Shown piece after piece: positions 1 through 7,080 of a DNA stretch of 44,656 bases. Source of the stretch: a virus. The DNA lies in the IMG/VR virus record IMGVR_UViG_3300045391_001696, positions 1 to 44,656 of that record. One strand, given 5' to 3'. The notes beneath the pieces were generated by a model. The model did not search any database, had not been told where the DNA came from, and saw nothing but the letters and a program-made list of their open reading frames with translations. Each line of letters begins with the position of its first letter. Position 1 is the first letter of the stretch. The position numbers were made by a program, and so were the translations under genes.

Positions 1-208
1 CGATGCAGCCGTGCTGGAGTCGCCAGACGATGCAGCCGTGCTGGAGTTGCCAGACGATGCAGCCTTGCTGGAGTTGCCAGACGATGCAGCCTTGCTGGAG
101 TTGCCAGACGATGCAGCCGTGCTGGAGTCGCCAGACGATGCAGCCGTGCTGGAGTTGCCAGACGATGCAGCCTTGCTGTAGTTGCCAGACGATGCAGCCG
201 TGCTGTTA
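1..208. repeat. 27-bp tandem repeat, 7 full units plus a degenerate 8th (plus-strand unit GATGCAGCCGTGCTGGAGTCGCCAGAC)
   Basis: Units start at 2, 29, 56, 83, 110, 137, 164 and 191. Only unit positions 10 (g/t), 16 (g/t) and 20 (c/t/a/g) vary. Confidence 0.95.
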
Positions 209-327
209 TAGCCTTTTGATTTCTCTTTGCATGACTTGTAATATTCCTCAAATCCGGTTGTTGCTATGCCAAAAACCTCTGCCAATGCGTCGATTTCTAA
301 TTCGGCTTGTGATTTTTCTTTTGTCAT
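1..327 (-). CDS. 5' part of a repeat-containing early protein. It has a unique 38-aa N-terminus followed by SG[NDYH][SY]S[TK]AAS nonapeptides, and continues at 44656 if the molecule is circular.
   Basis: ATG at 327 preceded by AGGGA. The reverse frame is open down to position 1, with a codon boundary exactly at 1. It is probably absent from the ORF track because it has no stop in the window. Confidence 0.7.
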   Translation of the reverse strand, partial: MTKEKSQAELEIDALAEVFGIATTGFEEYYKSCKEKSKGYNSTAASSGNYSKAASSGNSSTAASSGDSSTAASSGNSSKAASSGNSSKAASSGNSSTAASSGDSSTAAS

Positions 328-351
328 TTCGTTATCCCTATTCTTTCTCCG

Positions 352-633
352 TTATTCTTTCGGGAAAAGCTGGTTCACAATTCCCTCGATTTGCTCTTTA
401 CGGCGCTCCGCCATTTCGATGTCATCCAGGGCATCCGCGATTTTGTCGAAGTCGATTTCTTTATCAGTACAGAACTTCGTAACCTCGCGTTGCTTGGTAA
501 GGATGTTACGGGCACATTCCGAAAGTTTTTGATCTGCTTTAGCCCGCGCCTCTTTCTCACGAATAGGAGCCATTTCGGCATCGATCTGTTGGTCTGTCAT
601 TTTCAGAAGCTCGTGGTATGGTTTAATTTGCAT
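352..633 (-). CDS. hypothetical early protein (93 aa, charged/helical)
   Basis: ORF track; ATG at 633 preceded by AAGGAAAG. Confidence 0.6.
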   Translation of the reverse strand: MQIKPYHELLKMTDQQIDAEMAPIREKEARAKADQKLSECARNILTKQREVTKFCTDKEIDFDKIADALDDIEMAERRKEQIEGIVNQLFPKE

Positions 634-841
634 TGTACTTTCCTTTCAAAAGTAAGATTTTATTTGATTGCTTTACGTGTTCTTTTCTCATGCATATGAA
701 TAGGTCTGCCGCCACATCCTCATTCCAATGTTTCCAAAAGTTGGGAATGTCTAGAATTGGCCATGAAGAGCCGGATACGCCAACAAGTCTTACATACCGT
801 TGGCGTTTTTTTGTTGCTATTACGCATCCGATTCCAGTCAT
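623..841 (-). CDS. hypothetical protein (72 aa)
   Basis: ORF track. Weak RBS, fills the gap in the co-oriented operon, 11-nt overlap with the next gene. Confidence 0.35.
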   Translation of the reverse strand: MTGIGCVIATKKRQRYVRLVGVSGSSWPILDIPNFWKHWNEDVAADLFICMRKEHVKQSNKILLLKGKYNAN

Positions 842-847
842 GACAGT

Positions 848-1123
848 CTACTTCACACGCCAAACGCGCTTGCCAGCATCGGTTGTACGGAATGCAAATG
901 TTGCATCATTTTCCTTGCCCCAGCGTCCCGCCTGGTAATGGACGGTTTTAATAACCGCCTCTTTCGTTCCAATCAGAAAGGAATCACCCGGCTTCATTGC
1001 CTTGAACAAATCGCTGTACGGATTCGGCTTCTTGCGTGATTGCAGCGGAATGTTGCGGTCAATCGCAAACGGAAGACCTCCTGTACGGTTTACGGCAATC
1101 TTTAATTTGGTATTGGCCTTCAT
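848..1123 (-). CDS. hypothetical early protein (91 aa)
   Basis: ORF track; co-oriented and tightly packed. Confidence 0.6.
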   Translation of the reverse strand: MKANTKLKIAVNRTGGLPFAIDRNIPLQSRKKPNPYSDLFKAMKPGDSFLIGTKEAVIKTVHYQAGRWGKENDATFAFRTTDAGKRVWRVK

Positions 1124-1344
1124 AGTGAACTCCTTTGGTTGGTTGTTGGTACTTCCGGTAAGTCTATAAATCCCTTCACGACCCAGGTAACGGCGGCATG
1201 AAATCCTATCTCGTCACTTGGTACTGCCGTTTCAGGCCATACGCCTGTCGGCTTGCGCTTGTTATGCAGCTTGAGCAGAGCCACTCGGTTGCCGTCGATA
1301 ACGGCCTTACGCGTTCCCTGCTGTATGATGAGTGGGGTTGTCAT
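1120..1344 (-). CDS. hypothetical early protein (74 aa)
   Basis: ORF track; 4-nt start/stop overlaps on both sides. Confidence 0.55.
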   Translation of the reverse strand: MTTPLIIQQGTRKAVIDGNRVALLKLHNKRKPTGVWPETAVPSDEIGFHAAVTWVVKGFIDLPEVPTTNQRSSL

Positions 1345-1667
1345 GAGTGCCTATTTACCTCCCGTTCATTAGCTGATTTTGTACGTAGCATTTCAATTCT
1401 GACTCTCTCAGCCTCAAGCTTTCCCTTCGCACGGTTAGCAAGCCTTTCAGATTCCACCATGTCTTTAACGTATGATTCGTACTGCGGATGACGATAAGCA
1501 TATTGCTCCTTTGCTGCCGCCGATCCTTCATTGCATTCATTGGCAAGCGTATAGAGGGTTGGCTTTTTCATCTCTGCCCTCAGGTCAGCAGCGGCCTTCT
1601 TATCCGCGTAGTCATCACTGAAAGACAGAAGGCGTTTCGCTATTGCGTATGGGTCGATATCGCTCAT
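1341..1667 (-). CDS. hypothetical early protein (108 aa, coiled-coil-like)
   Basis: ORF track; overlaps its neighbours by 1-4 nt. Confidence 0.6.
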   Translation of the reverse strand: MSDIDPYAIAKRLLSFSDDYADKKAAADLRAEMKKPTLYTLANECNEGSAAAKEQYAYRHPQYESYVKDMVESERLANRAKGKLEAERVRIEMLRTKSANEREVNRHS

Positions 1668-1903
1668 TAAAAAGGAATCTCATCGGATAGGGTTTGTGGA
1701 GTTGATTTCTGCATTTCTTTCTTTTCTTCATCGTCTGGAAATAGGGAGAAATTTAACCAATCTCCCGAAGCTTCGATGAACTTTTTGAATTCATCGGTAT
1801 TCTTGAATGACAGTTGCAAATTGCCGTACTGGTTGGTTTTGATGTTGCCAAAAGTCCACCACTTTCCAGTATCTTTGCGTTTACCGCTTACCTTGTAATT
1901 CAT
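1667..1903 (-). CDS. small protein (78 aa) ending in an SSB-type acidic tail ...LSDEIPF; possible minimal ssDNA-binding or SSB-tail-mimic protein
   Basis: C-terminal D-E-I-P-F resembles the bacterial SSB tip DDDIPF. Lies immediately downstream of the Rad52-like annealase gene. Confidence 0.55.
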   Translation of the reverse strand: MNYKVSGKRKDTGKWWTFGNIKTNQYGNLQLSFKNTDEFKKFIEASGDWLNFSLFPDDEEKKEMQKSTPQTLSDEIPF

Positions 1904-2643
1904 GCATTGCTCCTGACTTTGTTAAATCCTTGAGGCATTCCAGCCTTCATCATTTCCCGCTGCTCAATATCGAGCTTGCAGTTATCTTTCGTTATCTCTA
2001 ATTGTTTATAAATCTCAGGGTCAGAACGCTTGAATACCGTCAATTCTGGTTGATATTTTTGCCATATCGCCGCCAAATCCTGTTTGGTGGATTCTTCATC
2101 AGCGGCGCAGGAAATCAGTTCGTCTTTTATTTCAATCCAACGGGAATTTTGTTGGCGAGCGGTTTCAAACCCGGCTCGTTTTTCGGGCTTTACGTGCTTC
2201 CAGGGGTCACCAATCCAGCTTTGCCATTTACCGTTTGAGTTTATATTGCATGGAACCCATACGGCTTCTAAGTCATAGAGATATCTTCCGATACCCCAAC
2301 GAACGGCTGCACGTTTGAAAGCATCCGATAAGGCACCCTTTTCCGCTTCGATATCGGAATCTCCGGCACCGTCAGCTTTCCATATCCACTCGATGATTCC
2401 AGTTTTTTGGTTGTCTACCAAAATACCAATATCGCAAACAGTCTTCCCATTGGCATGGCTGTATTTGCACTGCCATCCACCTGGGCCGCAAACATCGTCA
2501 AGGCGGTTCATTACGTCTCTAGCGTCGATATACGCAAGAGCAAGCGCCTGGGAGTTTCCATTATCCTTCTTGCTAATATGCTGAGCCCTCCAGCTTACGG
2601 AGTCCTTAGGAAAGGGGGCGCGCAATTTATCAAAATCAACCAT
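1900..2643 (-). CDS. Rad52/Rad22-family single-strand annealing protein (Sak-like recombinase)
   Basis: Motifs AYIDARDVMNRLDDVCGPGGW and KGALSDAFKRAAVRWGIGRYLY are typical of the Rad52_Rad22 family. Confidence 0.8.
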   Translation of the reverse strand: MVDFDKLRAPFPKDSVSWRAQHISKKDNGNSQALALAYIDARDVMNRLDDVCGPGGWQCKYSHANGKTVCDIGILVDNQKTGIIEWIWKADGAGDSDIEAEKGALSDAFKRAAVRWGIGRYLYDLEAVWVPCNINSNGKWQSWIGDPWKHVKPEKRAGFETARQQNSRWIEIKDELISCAADEESTKQDLAAIWQKYQPELTVFKRSDPEIYKQLEITKDNCKLDIEQREMMKAGMPQGFNKVRSNA

Positions 2644-2803
2644 TGCTCATCTCTTGCGGGTGTTCTTCAAAATATTTAGCCGTTTCTTCATTCCGTATAT
2701 CGTCGGCAAGTCTGTCGAAGTCCTGCGCCAGCTCGCGGTATGTCTGCTCATTCAGATTGCTTCTAACGATGTTAAGCAATGCTCTTAGTTCCAGTATTTT
2801 CAT
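2636..2803 (-). CDS. hypothetical small protein (55 aa), not in ORF track
   Basis: Hand-translated MKILELRALLNIV...EMSNG. Its stop overlaps the annealase start, and its ATG overlaps the upstream stop (ATGA). Confidence 0.45.
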   Translation of the reverse strand: MKILELRALLNIVRSNLNEQTYRELAQDFDRLADDIRNEETAKYFEEHPQEMSNG

Positions 2804-2964
2804 GTCGTCTCATCCGCCAATGTAATCTCACGGCACTCCGGCACCTCATCATGCCAATCACCGCCCCATGCACACAGGGGGAGTGGAGCACATCCAACCA
2901 ACGCCAGAAAAAGCGTTGCAATGGCCATGATAATGAATACCGTGAATGCTATGCGTATTCTCAC
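2800..2964 (-). CDS. small predicted lipoprotein (54 aa), not in ORF track
   Basis: GTG start in a GTGA overlap. Signal peptide VRIRIAFTVFIIMAIATLFLALVGC with lipobox LVGC. Confidence 0.5.
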   Translation of the reverse strand: MRIRIAFTVFIIMAIATLFLALVGCAPLPLCAWGGDWHDEVPECREITLADETT

Positions 2965-3092
2965 AGTATGCCCCCGGCCTTCATGAGAAGGAGGACTCCG
3001 AATACATAGATAGAGCTAAGTATGCCCATCTCATGCTTCAGGCGCTTTTCGTCGGACGCCACAAGGCGCTTGTATTCTTCGTATGAACTCAT
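2961..3092 (-). CDS. small membrane-anchored protein (43 aa), not in ORF track
   Basis: Hand-translated MSSYEEYKRLVASDEKRLKHEMGILSSIYVFGVLLLMKAGGIL; ATGA overlap with the upstream gene. Confidence 0.4.
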   Translation of the reverse strand: MSSYEEYKRLVASDEKRLKHEMGILSSIYVFGVLLLMKAGGIL

Positions 3093-3304
3093 AACTCTCC
3101 CTTTGCGTAAGATGCCGGATTCTGCCTGAACGGGCGTTCTCCGAATAATTGAGCGAATACCTTCTCCGTCGATGCGGTAAGCTCGCTAATCTCAGAACGC
3201 ATTGCTTTCTGGTTCTGGAGCATTACGTCACCAAAGGAGGTTTCTACGATGTCCCGCATTTCAGCCCGTTCGGCTGCCATGCTTAAGATTTTATGTGTGT
3301 CCAT
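3089..3304 (-). CDS. hypothetical early protein (71 aa)
   Basis: ORF track frame, trimmed to ATG 3304 (MDTHKIL...), just after the stop of the upstream gene at 3307. Confidence 0.55.
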   Translation of the reverse strand: MDTHKILSMAAERAEMRDIVETSFGDVMLQNQKAMRSEISELTASTEKVFAQLFGERPFRQNPASYAKGEL

Positions 3305-3306
3305 GG

Positions 3307-3633
3307 CTACTTCCCCAACTGTTCGTTTAAATGGGATTCGCACATCGAATAATGCATGGCCTCTGCCTGCGCTCTGGCGGGGTCGTAATTATCCAGTTTG
3401 CATTTGAGCAAGTAGAGGATTCCATGCTCCAGATCGTCACTGACGCCATCCCGCAGATCGTTTAAATGCCCCTTAAGCATGTTGAGGCATTTCTTCATGT
3501 GGCTATCGTGCTCAACTTCACGGGCGAATTGATTGATAACGCCCTCCATGCCGGTAATGATTGACAGCAGGCCGGTATGCAGGGTGTTCGCCTTATCCAG
3601 GTCGCTTTCGTAGGGGTTGATTGAAAAGTCCAT
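3307..3633 (-). CDS. first gene of the leftward early operon, hypothetical (108 aa)
   Basis: ORF track; GGAG 7 nt upstream of ATG 3633; directly downstream of the PL-like promoter. Confidence 0.6.
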   Translation of the reverse strand: MDFSINPYESDLDKANTLHTGLLSIITGMEGVINQFAREVEHDSHMKKCLNMLKGHLNDLRDGVSDDLEHGILYLLKCKLDNYDPARAQAEAMHYSMCESHLNEQLGK

Positions 3634-3666
3634 TTGCTAACTCCATCGTTTGTTGTGATGAAGCTA

Positions 3667-3722
3667 GTTGTATCCGATATGGATACATTAGTCAACAACA
3701 AAAAGTATCCAAATCGGATATA
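3667..3722 (-). promoter_or_regulatory. PL-like early-left promoter with two repressor operators
   Basis: On the minus strand: TTGACT (3695-3690), 17 nt, TACAAC (3672-3667). Perfect palindrome GTATCCGATATGGATAC at 3670-3686 lies in the spacer. Second site TATCCAAATCGGATA at 3706-3720. Confidence 0.6.
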
Positions 3723-3785
3723 TTTTATTGCACCATTAAAAATAGGGGGTTAGTCTAATTACAGCTAAATAAGCTTGCCCTTGGG

Positions 3786-4157
3786 TTATCCCGCTATCAT
3801 GGGAAATAGGGCTTCAAGGTCTTTGGGAGAAAAATCTAATGGAATTTCTACTATTCTATCTGGCGATAATAGATGTATTGAAACAATTAGCAGGCATCCC
3901 CCATCGGCTATTTTATCTACTCGAAAACCCTTTACAGAAAAAATTTCTCCTGGCCTCAGATCGTTCCTATCGATGGGCTTGTCACAGCCGGGTACGGTTT
4001 TGCTCTGGAGCTGAGCAATCAATGCGGGGAGATTATAACGATTCAATATAACTTCCTTGGCGCTATTATTTTCGTCCTTGAAAACCAAGCGCACTAGGCT
4101 TCCGTCTGGATTAATGGATGTCTCACATTCCCATACAAGAAATGGTTTCTTATCCAT
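3786..4157 (-). CDS. hypothetical protein (123 aa) in the repressor-proximal cassette
   Basis: ORF track; lies downstream of cI and upstream of PL, the rexAB-like position. Confidence 0.6.
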   Translation of the reverse strand: MDKKPFLVWECETSINPDGSLVRLVFKDENNSAKEVILNRYNLPALIAQLQSKTVPGCDKPIDRNDLRPGEIFSVKGFRVDKIADGGCLLIVSIHLLSPDRIVEIPLDFSPKDLEALFPMIAG

Positions 4158-4167
4158 GACTAGCCCA

Positions 4168-4344
4168 TTATCTTCTTAATACATCGCGTAACGATATCAT
4201 TGCGCTAGAAAGCAATGGACAAGCCCCTCCACTTTGAAGCGGGCATGGATGGGTTGGGGCCTTTGGGCATCTATCCACTATGTTTTTGGCCTTTTCTAAA
4301 AGGAAATCGACATCGCTTGAAAAGTTATCATTGCTCGGTTCCAT
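4168..4344 (-). CDS. hypothetical small Cys/Pro-rich protein (58 aa)
   Basis: ORF track frame trimmed to ATG 4344, which has GAGGAG 7 nt upstream. Confidence 0.5.
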   Translation of the reverse strand: MEPSNDNFSSDVDFLLEKAKNIVDRCPKAPTHPCPLQSGGACPLLSSAMISLRDVLRR

Positions 4345-4375
4345 GCCATAGCTCCTCAAGGGTGGAATAGGAGCC

Positions 4376-4405
4376 TATATATAAGTTTTCCATAAATCAA
4401 CTCAA
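4376..4405 (-). promoter_or_regulatory. candidate sigma70-type promoter for the 4344-3786 cassette
   Basis: On the minus strand: TTGAGT (4405-4400), 16-18 nt, TATATA (4383-4376). An AT-only 8-bp inverted repeat TATCATTA/TAATGATA at 4419-4440 lies just after the cI stop. Confidence 0.3.
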
Positions 4406-4440
4406 AGTTGTTTTTAAATATCATTATTCTATTAATGATA

Positions 4441-4848
4441 CTAGGCTGTCTTTAGAATTAATGCCGCCATTGGTTCATTGGGTGATGTATCTTGGCCTTT
4501 GCGCCGGTATTCCATCACGTGATTATAAAGCAGGGTGGTATACGCGATGGTGGCGGCCAAATCCAAACGAAGTCCTTTATTTTTTGCAGCGGCCATAATT
4601 GCTTCAGCGCATCGCTGCATTAGCTCTTCATCGGCACGATAAATCTCACCACGTGAAGAGGACGGGGAAATTAAATCTATTGGGTTTCTACCAAGCCCAC
4701 GAGCTATTTTTTCTATCCATCGAGTCGTTAGCTGCATATCGCCCTTTTCAAGCTTCATAATAGTAGCCTTGGTTGTGCCAACTTTATTAGCCAGCTCCTC
4801 CATTGACATATCCGCCGCTTGGCGAAATTCTCTGATTCGATTTTGCAT
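4441..4848 (-). CDS. cI-like XRE-family HTH repressor (135 aa from ATG 4848), no S24 peptidase domain visible
   Basis: HTH MSMEELANKVGTTKATIMKLEKG; divergent from the cro-like gene across the operator region. The track ORF extends to 5028, but that extension overlaps cro and the operators. Confidence 0.75.
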   Translation of the reverse strand: MQNRIREFRQAADMSMEELANKVGTTKATIMKLEKGDMQLTTRWIEKIARGLGRNPIDLISPSSSRGEIYRADEELMQRCAEAIMAAAKNKGLRLDLAATIAYTTLLYNHVMEYRRKGQDTSPNEPMAALILKTA

Positions 4849-4860
4849 ACTCAGAGTTTC

Positions 4861-4936
4861 ATTCCGATTGGGATAATTACTAGAGCCTAAATCGGAAACA
4901 AAAATACTTGCGTCTCGTATCCGATTAGGATACAGT
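4861..4936. promoter_or_regulatory. Divergent PR/PRM-like control region with operators
   Basis: Perfect GTATCCGATTAGGATAC at 4917-4933 sits between TTGCGT (4908-4913) and TACAGT (4931-4936). Weaker sites: ATTCCGATTGGGATA at 4861-4875 and a half-site AAATCGGAAA at 4889-4898. Confidence 0.6.
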
Positions 4937-4942
4937 GTGGGC

Positions 4943-5176
4943 ATGCAGTTATCAGAATATCTCAAATCTACTGGCATTTCAGTTGCTGAATTTGCTTCTT
5001 TAGTGGGCGCGAAAAGTCGCGCTACCATTCATCGCTATATAACCAATGTGGCATCTACAAAGCGTTACCCCAGCCCATCCATGATGAAAAAAATAACCTT
5101 CATTACGCAGGGCAAGGTTACAGCTAACGATTTTTATGGTCAGCCTTCAAAGGTTAAAAACGGAGGCAATAAATAA
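4943..5176 (+). CDS. Cro-like HTH regulator (77 aa)
   Basis: HTH ISVAEFASLVGAKSRATIHRY. The ATG lies 7 nt after the putative -10, which suggests a leaderless mRNA. The track start 4937 is a GTG. Confidence 0.65.
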   Translation: MQLSEYLKSTGISVAEFASLVGAKSRATIHRYITNVASTKRYPSPSMMKKITFITQGKVTANDFYGQPSKVKNGGNK

Positions 5177-5212
5177 ACATATTTAACTAATTGTCAATCT
5201 TTAATCTAAGAA

Positions 5213-5240
5213 AACCGCCAAAAAGAGCGGTTAATTTTTT
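5213..5240 (+). terminator. rho-independent terminator after cro (tR1-like)
   Basis: AACCGC-caaaaaga-GCGGTT followed by AATTTTTT. Confidence 0.6.
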
Positions 5241-5294
5241 AACAAATGCATAAAAAATTCATAAGTAACGGGCGTTAAAACATCAGGGGGATAT

Positions 5295-5486
5295 ATGAAA
5301 ACCACACTTAAACGGCTTATAGACCAGCTAGAGAAGGCCCATACTGCCGAAAGCCCTATTTTATGCCGTCAGTACGTTCTGCTTTCTCTGGGCATTGCAG
5401 AAGCTTTATTTGATAGCGCTCCGGTTGAAAATCATCCATTCGGCGGCGGTCTAATCGAGGCCATTAGGCAGCCTTGTACGGATTAG
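5295..5486 (+). CDS. hypothetical early-right protein (63 aa)
   Basis: ORF track; GGGGG RBS upstream. Confidence 0.5.
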   Translation: MKTTLKRLIDQLEKAHTAESPILCRQYVLLSLGIAEALFDSAPVENHPFGGGLIEAIRQPCTD

Positions 5487-5489
5487 GTC

Positions 5490-5747
5490 ATGGCGGCGAT
5501 GACCAAAAAAGAGCGGGAATATGCCTCAAGAGTTGCTGAACTCGGCTGCATCATTTGCGGTGGTATTGCCAGCATACACCATGCCGGTACTGGTGCTGGT
5601 GGAAGGAAAGACCACAGCAAGATTTTACCAATTTGTTACGCTCATCATCAGGGGCATGAGGGCATCCATACGTTAGGCCGTAAGGCATGGCAAAATCGTT
5701 ACGGAACCGAAACAGAGCTTCTTGAGAAGGTGAGGGAGCTGCTATGA
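5490..5747 (+). CDS. Ref-family (DUF968-like) HNH/zinc-finger nuclease
   Basis: Pattern C-x2-C...HH...KDHSKILPICYAHHQGHEGIH resembles the P1 Ref/DUF968 family. Confidence 0.55.
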   Translation: MAAMTKKEREYASRVAELGCIICGGIASIHHAGTGAGGRKDHSKILPICYAHHQGHEGIHTLGRKAWQNRYGTETELLEKVRELL

Positions 5748-6181
5748 GCGGTTACAAGGTATTTATTCCCTCGTGGCGTCCCAAGAGCTTAAACAGCCTA
5801 TTCGTTCATTGGGGTAAGGCTGCTCGTCTTAAGAAGGCCGACACTCAAACAGTATGGGCTTATTGCCACCAGATACCCAAGGCAACCACAAAGCGCCTTG
5901 TGCGGGTTAAAATATACCTTACGGGCAGACAGAAGCCCTACGATCAGGATAACTGCTGGAAGAGCCTTATGGACGCTCTGGTGAAGAACGGCCTCTTGGT
6001 CGATGACAGCAACAAATGGGTTGAGACGCTTCCCGTAGAATTCATCAAGCGGGCATTCAGTCCAGGCACAGAGATTTACCTGCAAGATATTGAACCGCTT
6101 CCCTCGGCAATCGCAGAGGGAGCCGAGCACGATTACGTTACGCGCCCGTCTAAGCCAGTTGTTGTTATGGAGGAATTATGA
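5744..6181 (+). CDS. rusA: RusA-family Holliday junction resolvase
   Basis: PYDQDNCWKSLMDALVKNGLLVDDS matches the RusA D-x-DN...K...D-x-L...DD signature; ATGA overlap with the upstream gene. Confidence 0.7.
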   Translation: MSGYKVFIPSWRPKSLNSLFVHWGKAARLKKADTQTVWAYCHQIPKATTKRLVRVKIYLTGRQKPYDQDNCWKSLMDALVKNGLLVDDSNKWVETLPVEFIKRAFSPGTEIYLQDIEPLPSAIAEGAEHDYVTRPSKPVVVMEEL

Positions 6182-6573
6182 GCTTCGAGCGCATTTACTC
6201 CTACATCATATCTAGGGTTCCATTCCTCGGGGCTAATGCCAAAAACCCCTCTATCATAACCGAGTGGCTTGCTTCCGGCTACGACACCGACAAAGACATC
6301 ATTCCTGCCGTTGATTTCGTGTGCAAGAGGGGCGTGAACACCATTAAGGGATTCGGCTGGTTTACTGGAGCTATTCGCTGGCAGCATCAAAAGCGCATCG
6401 AAGCTCAATATAAGCCGAAAGAAAAAACCCAGGCAGAAGCAGATGCCATAAGGGCTAATAACATTCGCTGGCACAAAGACAGGGGAATCACCTCAACCAA
6501 GGTTGGCCCGCAGGACTTCGCTTGGCTTGAGCAATACGAAAGGAAAAAAGAAAACGGCCTGATGAACGGTTAG
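6178..6573 (+). CDS. hypothetical protein (131 aa), last early-right gene
   Basis: ORF track; ATGA overlap with rusA. Confidence 0.55.
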   Translation: MSFERIYSYIISRVPFLGANAKNPSIITEWLASGYDTDKDIIPAVDFVCKRGVNTIKGFGWFTGAIRWQHQKRIEAQYKPKEKTQAEADAIRANNIRWHKDRGITSTKVGPQDFAWLEQYERKKENGLMNG

Positions 6574-6589
6574 AAATAAAACGGCTGCG

Positions 6590-7080
6590 TCAGGCGGCAT
6601 AGTGGCATTACAGCGGGTTCGGCAAAGTGCCAAAGTGGATGACTCAGGGGTAACCCGAAGGAACCACTTCCGAGCGTATGATTGCGTAAAAGTTCCTTGG
6701 CCTCAATGGAATCAATACCAAGTGAGGCATGTCTAAGCGGTAGCGGCTCCAGTGGGGCATATCCCGGCATGAGTCTAAATACAGGCTAATCCCTGTAGGT
6801 AGACTCTCTATGCCATCACAATAGCTCACCAGTGAAGCATATACCACTTAAGTAAGTAATAAGCACTAGATGAACATTAACTTTAATATTACGCGGCATT
6901 TTTAGAATGATTGATTTTATGGCCAGAGGGGTGATGGGGGTTTGCAAACAGTTTCTTCTCTGGCCGCCACAATAGCCCAGCAAGCAGGTGGCGTAATGCA
7001 AATAACGGCTTGCAGCAGGAGCATGGGGCGACCACATAAAGCGCTCTTTACCCGCAAGGGCTATGTGATCCTGCATAGGG
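6590..7080 (+). ncRNA. candidate structured RNA or late regulatory leader (boundaries and strand uncertain)
   Basis: No credible ORF. Nested helices at 6766-6814, 6921-6965, 6965-6993 and 7015-7074. The last contains CCC-GCAA-GGG, a GNRA tetraloop only in plus orientation. Confidence 0.3.

Noticed and set aside
1-208. Possible CRISPR array (regular short direct repeats at both window ends)
   Set aside because: The units are contiguous, with a 27-nt period and no spacers. They lie inside an open reading frame, and no cas genes or leader are present.
3-482. Plus-strand ORF of 159 aa reading MQPCWSRQT repeats
   Set aside because: It is the antisense, wrong-frame reading of the 27-bp repeat. 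The minus strand gives a start with an RBS at 327 and continues in frame into a globular domain across the junction. The Cys/Trp-rich plus-strand product then runs into antisense of the 352-633 gene.
4849-5028. N-terminal extension of the repressor ORF (track start 5028)
   Set aside because: The extension runs through the operators and overlaps the cro-like gene on the other strand. The HTH begins right after the internal ATG at 4848.
5798-6474. Minus-strand ORFs of 110 and 113 aa opposite rusA and the following gene
   Set aside because: They are antisense to ORFs that have recognisable RusA motifs and ATGA coupling, and they carry no motifs or RBS of their own.
6570-7076. Three overlapping minus-strand ORFs (66-86 aa) in the terS-upstream spacer
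   Set aside because: They overlap each other in different frames, lack RBSs and oppose both neighbouring operons. The region is better explained by nested RNA-like helices.
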